From Armatimonadota bacterium (GTDB lineage: Bacteria; Armatimonadota; SYMT01): DNA of 64,000 nt. The translations under genes were made by a program, and so were the position numbers. Positions 26,820-36,156 of this stretch are shown here, piece by piece. A model generated the notes under the pieces. That model was not told the DNA's origin. It saw nothing but the letters and a program-made list of their open reading frames with translations, and searched no databases. Within the stretch, counting starts at the first letter, position 1; each line of letters starts with the position of its first letter. The stretch is taken from contig JBKBRF010000036.1 in the NCBI GenBank assembly GCA_046292385.1, positions 1-64,000 on the forward strand. Direction: 5' to 3'.

Positions 26820-27470
26820 TCACCCACTCAGTTCGGCAGCGGCGGGGCAGAGATCGTTCAACGCGCAGCCGGCGCAGTTGGGCCGCCGGGCGGCGCAGAC
26901 GCGCCGGCCGTGCAGGATCAGCAGGTGCGAGATGGCGGTCCACTCCCGCTGCGGGAACTTGGCCATCAGGTCCCGCTCGATCTTGACCGGGTCGGTGTGC
27001 TGCGAGAGACCCAGCAATCCGGAGAGGCGGGTGACGTGGGTGTCGACGGCGATCCCCTCCGCCCGGTTGAAGGCGTTCCCCAGCACCACGTTCGCGGTTT
27101 TCCGCGCTACCCCCGGCAGCGTGAGCAGCTCCTCCATCGTCTGCGGCACGTCGCCCCCGTAGACCTCCAGGATCCGCGCGCAGGCGCCCCGGATGTTCTT
27201 CGCCTTGTTCCGGAAGAAGCCGGTGGAGTGGATGTCCGCCTCCAGCTCCTCCTGCGGCACCTTCAGGTAGTCCTCCGGCGTGCGGTACTTCTGAAACAGC
27301 GACTGCGTCACCTGGTTCACCCGCACGTCGGTACACTGGGCGGAGAGAATCGTCGCGATCAGCAGCTCGAACGGGCTGGAGAAGTCGAGCTCGCACCGCG
27401 GATCGGGATAGAGCTCGCGCAGCCGCGGCAGGAGCACCTTGGGAGAGACGGGGCGGCGTTTACGTGGCAT
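26820..27470 (-). CDS. nth: Endonuclease III
   Basis: LIATILSAQCTD, LPGVARKTANVVL, VDTH, C-X6-C-X2-C-X5-C. Confidence 0.96.
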   Translation of the reverse strand: MPRKRRPVSPKVLLPRLRELYPDPRCELDFSSPFELLIATILSAQCTDVRVNQVTQSLFQKYRTPEDYLKVPQEELEADIHSTGFFRNKAKNIRGACARILEVYGGDVPQTMEELLTLPGVARKTANVVLGNAFNRAEGIAVDTHVTRLSGLLGLSQHTDPVKIERDLMAKFPQREWTAISHLLILHGRRVCAARRPNCAGCALNDLCPAAAELSG

Positions 27471-27487
27471 AGTGGGAACGGGTTTTC

Positions 27488-27642
27488 ACCGCAGAGAGCG
27501 CAGAGGACGCGGAGAGGAACCAGGAGATTCACAGCTCGGCTCCGGTTCCGGATAGCGCTTACCTATTCTACGGGTCGGGACCGTTCCCGTCTCAGCTCTT
27601 CCCGGAAATGGCACTCTCTGCGTCCTCTGCGCTCTCTGCGGT
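27488..27642. repeat. CGCAGAG-family inverted repeat
   Basis: Perfect 23-bp IR 27488-27510 / 27620-27642. Confidence 0.9.
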
Positions 27643-27662
27643 AAGTACCGGAAGATAAATCG

Positions 27663-27956
27663 ATGACGCGGGAACGATTGCAGCAGCTCGAGGGGAAGGA
27701 GTGGCGGCTGACGCGGGACGGCAGCACCGCCACGGCGCATCGGGCGTGGGACGATCCGCTCGATCCGGACAGCGGCTGGGAGCTCCTGGTGCTCCACACC
27801 GCCGGTCACGGCGCCCGCCTGACGCTCAACACTTTCGAGTCCGGTCTCACCGAGCGCTCGCTCGAAGACACCCGCCGCCTCCTCGCCGCGCTGGAAGAAG
27901 CGGCCGAGCTGCAGGAGCACTGGCGGGGCGAGCTGTCGGATGACCCGGGGCTGTAG
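27663..27956 (+). CDS. Hypothetical protein, 97 aa
   Basis: ATG start and host-like codon usage; no recognised motif. Confidence 0.65.
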   Translation: MTRERLQQLEGKEWRLTRDGSTATAHRAWDDPLDPDSGWELLVLHTAGHGARLTLNTFESGLTERSLEDTRRLLAALEEAAELQEHWRGELSDDPGL

Positions 27957-27967
27957 AACCGGTATTC

Positions 27968-28160
27968 ACCACGGAGCACACAGAGCGCACAGAGAGGAAA
28001 CCGAACCCAAACAGCACCGCCACCAGTGCCGAGTCGGCGACGCCCGCAGAGCCCGTTCCACCGCGAAGCGCAGATTCCGTGCGTGACCGAAAGGTGGCGC
28101 TGGCCTATCCCTGCGAATTCCCCTCTGTGCCCCCTCTGTGGGCTCCGTGCGCTCTGTGGT
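27968..28160. repeat. CACAGAG-family inverted repeat with right arm inside a CDS 3' end
   Basis: CACCACGGAGCACACAGAGCGCACAGAG … CTCTGTG…CTCTGTGG. Confidence 0.75.
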
Positions 28161-29112
28161 TGGAAAGGTTCGGCTGCGTCAGGTCCCCGTACAGCTCCCG
28201 GGCCCGCTGCTCGAAGTAGTCCGCGATGTGGTGCCGGCCGTAGGCGGGGGCGACGAAGTCGTCGACCAGGATCTTCGCGATGAAGGTGAAGAGGTGCCCC
28301 ACGCGGGGGTTGAGGGGGCGCACCAGGCGGCCGCCGAGCGCCAGCAGGCCCACCGGGACGTTGACGGTGAGCGCCTTCTTCCGCAGGGCGGTGACGGCGA
28401 GCTGGGCGATCTCCCGGCGGGTGAGGGCGTCCGGGCCGCCGACGTCTTTCTCGGTGCCGGAGGGCCAGTCGAAGGCGTCGGCGCAGACGACCGCCAGGTC
28501 TTCCTCGTGAATCGGGTTGGTCCGCGCGGTGCCGCCGTTGAACTCCGGGATCAGGCCGTGGCTGGCGACGGTGAGGATCTCCTCCATCGCGGAGAAGAAG
28601 CCGGTCGGGCGCAGCACGGAGTGGTCGAGGCCGCTCTCCCGGAGGTGCTGGACCACCAGCTCGTGGCCCTTCACGAAGTCGGACCACGGCAGCCGCTCCG
28701 CGCCGAAGACGGAGACGTAGACGAACTTCCGGACCCGCGCCCGGGCGGCGGCGTCCACGAGGTTCCGGTTGGCGGGCCAGTCGAGCCGGGTGAACGGGAC
28801 CCGCCCGTACTGCGGCATTGGGATGACGCTGGCGCCGAGACAGGAGAAGACGCGGTCGACCCCCTCCAGCGCCGGCCCGAGCGTCTCCGGCTTCAGCGAG
28901 TCGGCCAGGCAGACCTCGTCGGCAAGCTGCCGCAGCGCCTCCGCTTTCGAGGGTGTACGGACCAGCGCCCGCACCCGCACCCCCCGGCGCTTCAGCTCCC
29001 GCACCATCTCCACGCCCAGCCGCCCCGTGGCGCCGGCGACTAGGCAGAGGGATGAGGGATGAAGGATGAGGGATGAATTCGAACCCTCCGCTTGCGTCTG
29101 CGGGGTGCTCAT
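28105..29112 (-). CDS. NAD(P)H-binding atypical SDR (NmrA/NAD_binding_10-like)
   Basis: LVAGATGRLG, VRALVR, VFSCLG, LRPTGFF, NPIH..DLA; start uncertain. Confidence 0.85.
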   Translation of the reverse strand: MSTPQTQAEGSNSSLILHPSSLCLVAGATGRLGVEMVRELKRRGVRVRALVRTPSKAEALRQLADEVCLADSLKPETLGPALEGVDRVFSCLGASVIPMPQYGRVPFTRLDWPANRNLVDAAARARVRKFVYVSVFGAERLPWSDFVKGHELVVQHLRESGLDHSVLRPTGFFSAMEEILTVASHGLIPEFNGGTARTNPIHEEDLAVVCADAFDWPSGTEKDVGGPDALTRREIAQLAVTALRKKALTVNVPVGLLALGGRLVRPLNPRVGHLFTFIAKILVDDFVAPAYGRHHIADYFEQRARELYGDLTQPNLSNHRAHGAHRGGTEGNSQG

Positions 29113-29182
29113 CGATCGGTCCCTGATACTGCCGGTCCGAGCGGCTCGTCCCTCATCCCTCATCCTTCTGAATTCATCCCTC
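29048..29182. repeat. Inverted heptamer arrays (GGATGAG)n / (CTCATCC)n
   Basis: 29048-29078 against 29150-29182. Confidence 0.8.
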
Positions 29183-29184
29183 GG

Positions 29185-29982
29185 CTAGTAGACCTGCTTC
29201 TGCGAGAGCTCCGGGGCGGCCTGGTCCAGGCGCTTGGCAAGCTTGCTGAGCTTGCAGGTCGGCACCTTCGGATAGAGGTGGTGCTCCAGGTGGTAGAACA
29301 TGTCGAACACGATCAGGCTCTTGATCGGGTTCCGGATCGTCCGCGCGATGAAGTGGTGACGGTCGCAGTCGTGGTGGACGGTCCAGACCGCGAAGAAGGC
29401 GGTGAGGCACTGGCCGATCAGCATCGCGAGGACGTGGTACTTCAGGATCGCGATGTCGAGCGCGAAGAGCGCCACTCCCGCCCACGCGAGGACCGTTACG
29501 AACTCCGCCTGGATCCAGCGCATCTGGCGCGGGTTCGCCAGCTCGATGCCCTTGCGGTGGATCAGCCAGTAAAACCGCGGGCCGTACGCAATCGCCTGCC
29601 AGCCCTTCAGGTGAGCGCTCGCCGCTTCCGCGTCGTCGTCATCCATGCAGTGCGCGTGGTGATGCAGGTGCGTCTGCTGCAGCGCGTGCATGGAGCTCAT
29701 CATCAGGCAACTGATGATGAACATCACCCACTCGGTCGCCAGGCGGGGGATGCCCAGCGCGTAGTGGTACGCGTTGTGGACCACGCGGAGACCGCAGAGA
29801 AAGAAGATGAACGAAAACGGCAGGGCGATCAGGTACTGGCCGTAGTAGGCCAGCGTCAGCGATGCGATCAGCCAGGGGAAGATCAGCAGCAGTTCCTTGG
29901 TGATGTCCCAGGCGCTGAGCTCCAGCAGGTCATGCCATTCGACGGAGCGGACGCGCGGGTCGCGCATGATCTCCAGACTCAT
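29185..29982 (-). CDS. Membrane fatty-acid desaturase superfamily protein
   Basis: Histidine boxes HNAYH, HLHHH and HLEHH; TM segments. Confidence 0.88.
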   Translation of the reverse strand: MSLEIMRDPRVRSVEWHDLLELSAWDITKELLLIFPWLIASLTLAYYGQYLIALPFSFIFFLCGLRVVHNAYHYALGIPRLATEWVMFIISCLMMSSMHALQQTHLHHHAHCMDDDDAEAASAHLKGWQAIAYGPRFYWLIHRKGIELANPRQMRWIQAEFVTVLAWAGVALFALDIAILKYHVLAMLIGQCLTAFFAVWTVHHDCDRHHFIARTIRNPIKSLIVFDMFYHLEHHLYPKVPTCKLSKLAKRLDQAAPELSQKQVY

Positions 29983-30260
29983 TCAGGGCCTCCGAGTCCC
30001 GAGGGACACGACTGGATCGGTTGGTCGAAGCGGTACCGAGAGGCCGGGCGATGCTCCGCCCTCCCGCCAGCCTGCACTATTCCACACGTACGGGGAACAC
30101 CCCTGCAAGCCGCCGCAGAACTTTCTCTCAGCGAGTCCGCAGAGAGGGAGCGTTTTGGGCGGTGCCCAACTTTAGGGAAGCGATGGACGCGAAGCCCGGC
30201 CAGGGGCTTCCCCCCTTGTCCGGCTGGCGAGCCTGGGCCGGCACATAGGAGAAGTATTTC

Positions 30261-31655
30261 ATGAACGAGAAGGTTTCGCGGCGAGATTTGCTCGGCCACG
30301 CCGGCCGCACCGCCGCCGCCGGCGCGGCGCTCGGCGGGATCACGATTCCCGCGGTCCACGTCGGGGCGGCGCAGAACCCCGCCCGCCCCGCAGAGAACGG
30401 TCAGCTCGTGGCGGCGCTGATCGGCTGCGGCGGCATGGGTCGCGGCAACATGAACAACCTGATGAGCAAGGGCGCGCGCATCGCCGCCGTCTGCGACGTC
30501 GACAGCAGCCACATGGCGCAGGCCGCCTCCGACGTGGAGAAGCGCCAGGGCACCCGCCCGAAGGAGGTCAAGGACTTCCGCCGGGTGATGGACATGAAGG
30601 ACGTCAACGTGGTGATCATCGCCACGCCGGACCACTGGCACGCGCTGCCGTTCATCGCGGCGTGCGAGGCGGGCAAGGACGTCCACCTGGAGAAGCCGAT
30701 CTCCCACAACATCAGCGAAGGCCGCGCGATGGTCGCCGCCGCGAAGCGGTTCAAGACGGTCTGCCAGGTCGGCACGTGGCAGCGCAGCAACAAGGACTTC
30801 GCGGACGCGGTCGCCTTCATCCGGTCCGGCAAGCTCGGCCCGATCAGCACGGTGAAGGCGTGGAAGACCGACTGGTTCTCCATGGGCAAGAACAACCCGC
30901 CCCAGCCGGTGCCGGCGAACCTCGACTGGGACTTCTACCTCGGCCCCGCGGAGAAGGTGCCGTACACGGGGAAGAACGGCCACTTCAACTGGCGCTGGTA
31001 CTTCAACACCGCCGCGGGCAACACCGGCGACTGGGGCGTCCACATGATCGACATTGGGCTCCTCGCCATGAGCAAGGACACCGATCTGGTGATGCCGACC
31101 CACGTCTCCAGCGTCGGTGGCAAGTTCAGCTCCGGCGCGGATGACGACCGCACCACGCCGGACACCCACCACGCGATCTTCCAGTTCCCCAACTTCATCA
31201 TGGAGTGGCAGACCGGCCGCCGCGGGCTGGAGTACGGCTACGTGCGCCAGGTCCCCGCCGGCGACGGCGGCCCGCAGCGCAAGCCGCAGGACATGCTGGA
31301 CAACGGCACCGCCTTCGTGGCGGCGGACGGCAGCAGCCTGGTGGTGTGGCGCGGCGGCTGGACGGTCCGCGACCCGCAGGGCAACGAGCTGCCCAAGACC
31401 TACGCGGAAGACTTCGGCACGCACGATCACATGCAGGACTTCATCGACTGCATCAAGACCAGGAAGCAGCCGCGCAGCAACATCGAGTCGATGTACCAGA
31501 CCACGGCGGTCTGCCACCTGGCGAACATCTCCTACCTCACCGGCCAGACGGTCCGCTGGGACAAGGAGAAGAACGACCTCGTCGGAAACGTCGGCAAAGA
31601 CACCCTGCCCTACGCTCGCGAGTACCGGCAGCCCTGGAAGCTCCCGAAGTACTAG
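30261..31655 (+). CDS. Gfo/Idh/MocA oxidoreductase with Tat signal
   Basis: SRRDLL; IGCGGMG; ATPDHWH; LEKP; WDFYLGPA; DWGVH. Confidence 0.93.
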   Translation: MNEKVSRRDLLGHAGRTAAAGAALGGITIPAVHVGAAQNPARPAENGQLVAALIGCGGMGRGNMNNLMSKGARIAAVCDVDSSHMAQAASDVEKRQGTRPKEVKDFRRVMDMKDVNVVIIATPDHWHALPFIAACEAGKDVHLEKPISHNISEGRAMVAAAKRFKTVCQVGTWQRSNKDFADAVAFIRSGKLGPISTVKAWKTDWFSMGKNNPPQPVPANLDWDFYLGPAEKVPYTGKNGHFNWRWYFNTAAGNTGDWGVHMIDIGLLAMSKDTDLVMPTHVSSVGGKFSSGADDDRTTPDTHHAIFQFPNFIMEWQTGRRGLEYGYVRQVPAGDGGPQRKPQDMLDNGTAFVAADGSSLVVWRGGWTVRDPQGNELPKTYAEDFGTHDHMQDFIDCIKTRKQPRSNIESMYQTTAVCHLANISYLTGQTVRWDKEKNDLVGNVGKDTLPYAREYRQPWKLPKY

Positions 31656-31683
31656 CCTGAAGAGGGGAGATGAAAGAAGAAAC

Positions 31684-31720
31684 AGCCCGCGTCGCGGCCG
31701 CCGACGCGGGCTCCTTTCTC
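31684..31720 (+). terminator. Intrinsic terminator
   Basis: AGCCCGCGTCG / CGACGCGGGCT followed by a T-rich tail. Confidence 0.65.
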
Positions 31721-31905
31721 CGTGGCGCCGGGAGCCTTGCCGTTCCCTTCAGGTTTCTCTCTTCGCGTCGTTTCTTTGACTTCGCGACTTCGCGTTCGTT
31801 CGGACCTCCTCCCGCTGACTGGGACCCGCTGCGGGCAGGCAAGCGCCGAAACTCCGTCCCGCCTCGCGCCTCTCATTCGGGACGGGACGGGAGCGGAGCA
31901 GCGCG

Positions 31906-33264
31906 ATGGTAGAGCTACACACCGGTCGGGAGCAGCGGCTTTGTGATGGGACGACGCGCCGGGACTTTGTCCGCGCGGGGTTCCTCGGGGTGCTGGGGCT
32001 CTCGCTGACCGACGTGCTCCGGCTGGAAGCGGCGCAGGCGGCGCAGCTCGGCATGCGGCCGGCGAACCACAAGAACGTCATCCTGATCTGGCTGCACGGC
32101 GGGCAGACGCAGCTCGAGACGTACGACATGAAGCCGGAGGCGCCGGCGGAGGTGCGGGGCGTCTATAAGCCGATCAAGACGAACGTGCCGGGCCTGCAGA
32201 TCTGCGAGCTGCTGCCGCGAATGGCGAAGGTGATGGACAAGATCACCATCCACCGCGGCCTGCACCACACCGATAACGACCACTACTCCGCCTCGCACTG
32301 GCTGCTCACCGGCTACCTCGGCCCCAACGGCGCGGACCAGCGCCCCCGCTTCCCGTCCATGGGCTCCGTGGCGGCGCGGGCGCTCGGCGCGCGGAAGCCG
32401 GACGTGCCGCCCTACGTGATCATGAACGACGGCGGCTTCGGCTACCACGGGGCGACCTACCTCGGCGCGCAGTACCACCCGATCCGCACCGGCGACGAGA
32501 GCTACGGCAACGAGGGGATGCAGCTGCCGGTCGCGAAGACGAACGACCTGAAGCCGCTCCCCGGCGTGGAGGGGCAGCGGGTTCTGCGGCGGCAGTCGCT
32601 GTTGAAAGACATGGACCGCTTCCGGCGGGCGGTCGACCAGGCGGCGCAGGAGCGGCAGCTCGACGAGATCCAGCAGAAGGCGCTGGGGATGATCGCCTCC
32701 GGCAAGGCGCACCAGGCGTTCGATCTCTCGCAGGAGGACGCGAAGACCCGCGAGCTGTACGGACCCGGCTGGGGCGAGAACGCGCTCCTGGCCCGGCGGC
32801 TGGTGGAGGCGGGCACGCGGTTCGTGGTCTGCAACACCGGCTACTGGGACGACCACGGCAACATCAAGGGCGCCATGGACAGCAAGCTGCCGCGCCACGA
32901 CCGGATGGTCGCCGCCCTGGTGGAAGACCTGCACCAGCGCGGGATGCTGGACGACACGCTGGTGGTCGCCGCCGGAGAGTTCGGGCGCACGTCGACGATC
33001 AATAAAGACGCGGGGCGCGACCACTGGGCGCAGGCGAGCTGCGTCCTCTTCGCCGGAGGCGGCTTCCGGCACGGGCAGGTGCTCGGCGCCACCGACGCGA
33101 AGGCGGAGTACCCGAAGGAGAACCCGATCACGCCCGCCGACCTGCAGTCGACGATCTACCATCATCTCGGCATCAGCCGCGAGCTGACGTTCGAGGACCA
33201 GACCGGCCGCCCGCAGTACCTCCTCCCGCCGGACCAGGGGCAGGTGATCCGGGAGTTCGCGTAG
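31906..33264 (+). CDS. DUF1501 domain protein
   Basis: TRRDFVR; ILIWLHGG…ETYDMKP; ARRLVEAG; GEFGRT; GRDHW. Confidence 0.93.
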   Translation: MVELHTGREQRLCDGTTRRDFVRAGFLGVLGLSLTDVLRLEAAQAAQLGMRPANHKNVILIWLHGGQTQLETYDMKPEAPAEVRGVYKPIKTNVPGLQICELLPRMAKVMDKITIHRGLHHTDNDHYSASHWLLTGYLGPNGADQRPRFPSMGSVAARALGARKPDVPPYVIMNDGGFGYHGATYLGAQYHPIRTGDESYGNEGMQLPVAKTNDLKPLPGVEGQRVLRRQSLLKDMDRFRRAVDQAAQERQLDEIQQKALGMIASGKAHQAFDLSQEDAKTRELYGPGWGENALLARRLVEAGTRFVVCNTGYWDDHGNIKGAMDSKLPRHDRMVAALVEDLHQRGMLDDTLVVAAGEFGRTSTINKDAGRDHWAQASCVLFAGGGFRHGQVLGATDAKAEYPKENPITPADLQSTIYHHLGISRELTFEDQTGRPQYLLPPDQGQVIREFA

Positions 33265-33333
33265 GACGGGCGTGGAGCGACCTGGCGCCAGGGAGAGTGG
33301 ATGAGGGGGAGACTCGCTCCCTCGCTGCGGTGA

Positions 33334-33417
33334 GCAGGTTGCAGGTGGGCAGGTTCCAGGTTCCGAACCCCACCCGTCTGGGAGCTCAACCTGCAACGTG
33401 CCAACTTGCTAACCTGA
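33334..33417. repeat. AACCTGC-family inverted array element
   Basis: GCAGGTT arms; CCGAAC…CCGTCTGG spacer as in the 26689 copy. Confidence 0.8.
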
Positions 33418-33567
33418 AGCAGACGCCGCCCACTCTCCCTGGCCAAATCCCCCTTCGATCTCGGGGGACGGAGTGCTACTGCCGCCTCTCTCGCCCGGAA
33501 AGGCGGAGTGAGGCGGGTAGGCCGCGCCGTGGCGCAGACCTACCGCAGAGCCCCTCCAGGGCCGGGG

Positions 33568-34362
33568 TTACTGCTTCTTCGGGAGCGCCCGGGTAGCCCC
33601 GGTGGAGATCCCCCCGTCCACCAGCAGCGTCTGGCCGGTGATGTACTCGCTCGCGTCCGAGGCGAGGAAGACCACCGTCCCGTCCAGGTCGTCTGGCTTG
33701 CCGGGACGCTTCAGCGGGATGCGGTCGACCAGGTACTCCAGCCACTCCTGGTTTTCGTACATCACCTTGTTCTGCTCCGTGCGGAACCAGCCGGGCGCCA
33801 GGCAGTTCACGGTAATGCCGTAGGGGCCCCAGTCGTCGGCCAGGCTCATCGTGAGCTGGCGGACGCCGCCGCGGCTGGCTCCGTACGGCGCGAGGCCGGC
33901 GTAGCCGAAGACGCTGGTGACGGAGCCGATGTTGATGATGCGGCCGTACCGGTGCTGCACCATCCGGCGCGCCACCGCCTGCGCCACGAAGAAGGTGCCG
34001 CGCAGGTTCGTCTCCAGCACCAGGTTCCAGTCGTCCCAGGTGATCTCCAGCGCCGGCTTGCGGACGTTGCAGCCGGCGTTGTTCACCAGGATCTGGATCT
34101 GCGGGAACGCCTCGAAGGCGGCGTCGATCCCGCGCTGGATGCTGTCGTGGTCGCGCACGTCCAGCTCCACCGGCACCACGCGCCGGCCCATCGCCTCGAT
34201 CTCCTCCCGGAACGGCTGGAGCGACTCGAGGGTGCGGCTGGTGATGACGAGGTCGGCGCCGGCGCGGGCGAGCGCGCGGCCGAAGTACTGGCCCAGGCCG
34301 CGGCTGGCGCCGGTCACGATGGCGGTCTTGCCGCTCAGGTCGAAGAGGGAGAGGTCGCTCAC
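33568..34362 (-). CDS. SDR oxidoreductase (gluconate 5-dehydrogenase/KduD-like)
   Basis: TGASRGLG, NNAG, YGASR (the YxxxK lysine is R), APGWF. Confidence 0.92.
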   Translation of the reverse strand: MSDLSLFDLSGKTAIVTGASRGLGQYFGRALARAGADLVITSRTLESLQPFREEIEAMGRRVVPVELDVRDHDSIQRGIDAAFEAFPQIQILVNNAGCNVRKPALEITWDDWNLVLETNLRGTFFVAQAVARRMVQHRYGRIINIGSVTSVFGYAGLAPYGASRGGVRQLTMSLADDWGPYGITVNCLAPGWFRTEQNKVMYENQEWLEYLVDRIPLKRPGKPDDLDGTVVFLASDASEYITGQTLLVDGGISTGATRALPKKQ

Positions 34363-35390
34363 GGCTCCAGGATCACCTTCATCAAGCCGGGCTCATGCCC
34401 GTAGAGGCGGTCGAACCACTCCGGGCCCTGCTCCAGCGGCGCCTGCACGCTGATCAGCGGGCGGACCTGGATCTTGCCGCGGGACATCATCTCGATGCAC
34501 GCCGGGTACTCGCCGGAGGAAGAGCAGCTCCCGTAGAGCGTCAGCTCGCGGGTCACCACCGCCTGCAGCGGCAGCTCCACCTTCGGAGCGAGGTTGCCGA
34601 CCAGCCCGATCGAGCCGCCCTTCCGCACCGCGGAGATGGCGGTCTGGAGCGGGTCGCCCGCACCGACCACCTCCATCGCCAGGTCGGCGCCGCGGCCCTC
34701 GGTGCGCGCCTGGACCTCGGCGGCGACGTCGACCTTCCGGGAGTTGAGCCCCTCGTCCGCGCCGAGCTCCTTGGCGCGCTCCAGCTTGTAGTCGTCGATA
34801 TCGACCGCGATGATCCGCCCGCAGCCGGCGAGGCGCAGCGTCTGCACCACCAGCAGGCCGATCATCCCGGTGCCGACCACCACCGCCGTGTCCCCGATCC
34901 GAATCGGGATCCGGCGCACCGCGTGGAAGGCGATCGAAACCGACTCGATCAGCGCCGCCTCTTCGAAGCTCAGGTTGTCCGGCAGCCGGTAGACGATGTG
35001 CTGCGGGACGGAGACATACTCCGCGAAGGCGCCGTGGCGGCGGTAATCCCCGCAGGAGACGCCGAGCACGTTCCGGTTGTCGCACAGATTGACGTCGCCG
35101 CGGCGGCAGAAGTAGCACTTGCCGCAGTAGACGGTCGAGTCGAACGTGACCCGGTCGCCTTCCTGAAAGCTGCGCACGTTCTTGCCGACCTGCGCCACCA
35201 CGCCCGCCGCCTCGTGGCCCATCACCAGGGGCGGGATGCGCCGGCCGCTCGAGCCGTCGTAGCCGTGCACGTCGCTGCCGCAGATCCCGCACGCGCGGAC
35301 GCGGACCAGAATGTCGTCGTCACCGATCTCCGGGGTGGGGACCTCCGTCACCTCCAGCTTCCGGGGATCGGTCAGGAGCAGAGCCTTCAT
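34359..35390 (-). CDS. Zn-dependent polyol dehydrogenase (galactitol-1-P 5-dehydrogenase-like)
   Basis: CGICGSD, GHE, C..C..C…C, GTGMIG. Confidence 0.93.
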   Translation of the reverse strand: MKALLLTDPRKLEVTEVPTPEIGDDDILVRVRACGICGSDVHGYDGSSGRRIPPLVMGHEAAGVVAQVGKNVRSFQEGDRVTFDSTVYCGKCYFCRRGDVNLCDNRNVLGVSCGDYRRHGAFAEYVSVPQHIVYRLPDNLSFEEAALIESVSIAFHAVRRIPIRIGDTAVVVGTGMIGLLVVQTLRLAGCGRIIAVDIDDYKLERAKELGADEGLNSRKVDVAAEVQARTEGRGADLAMEVVGAGDPLQTAISAVRKGGSIGLVGNLAPKVELPLQAVVTRELTLYGSCSSSGEYPACIEMMSRGKIQVRPLISVQAPLEQGPEWFDRLYGHEPGLMKVILEP

Positions 35391-35640
35391 GCCGTTTCTT
35401 CCTTAGATGAGCGTCTTCGCTATTCCCGGCTATCACAGAACCGCCCCGGGAGTGCAGCGGAACCTGGGGCCATGGGGGATCGGTGAGCGGGAGACTCTGG
35501 GGTAGACCGAAGGTTGGAAGCTTTCCAGCCGCCGAAGGATTGTCTAAAGAGGAGAAATCCCTTGCCGCGGGCGAAGGTAGAAAACGGTTGGTTACCGTCC
35601 CAGCGGCTGCGGACGGCGAGGTGGATCGGAAGGAGCACCC

Positions 35641-36156
35641 ATGGCCGCAGTCCCCATCTCGGTAGACGTGGGTCCAGCTAAAGTAGTACCGATCATACTC
35701 TGCCGGGTGGAGGGGGAGCCTTACGGATTGCCACTCGCGACGGTCGAGCGGGTCCTGCCGATGGTAGAGCTCCGGCGGCTCCCCTCCGCGCCGGTATTCC
35801 TGGCCGGGGTGATCGATTACCACGGTGAGGTGGTGCCGGTGGTGGACCTGCGGGTCCGGTTCGGGCTCGCGAGCAGAGCGCCCGAAGTGACGCAGCGGCT
35901 GCTGCTGCTGCAGACCTCGCGGCGAAAGCTGGCCCTGCTGGTAGATGCAGTGGAGGGCCTCCGCGAACTGCCGGGGGAGCGGGTCGTCGCTCCGGAAGCG
36001 CTGGACACCGGCTTGCGCGGCGTGGCGGGCGTGGCAGCGCTCGAGGACGGCGTGGTGATCGTGCAGGACGTGGAGGCACTGCTCTCCAGCGAGGAGGAGC
36101 GGGCGGTGCAGCAGGCGATCGATCGGGCGGCGGAAGGAACGGGCCATGCAGCCTGA
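35641..36156 (+). CDS. cheW: CheW adaptor
   Basis: LPSAP.FLAGVIDYHGEVVPVVDL. Confidence 0.9.
   Translation: MAAVPISVDVGPAKVVPIILCRVEGEPYGLPLATVERVLPMVELRRLPSAPVFLAGVIDYHGEVVPVVDLRVRFGLASRAPEVTQRLLLLQTSRRKLALLVDAVEGLRELPGERVVAPEALDTGLRGVAGVAALEDGVVIVQDVEALLSSEEERAVQQAIDRAAEGTGHAA

Noticed and set aside
35486..35560. Glycine riboswitch-like words (GGAGA…CCGAAGG) upstream of cheW
   Set aside because: The CTCTCAGG 3' element is missing and the gene context does not fit.
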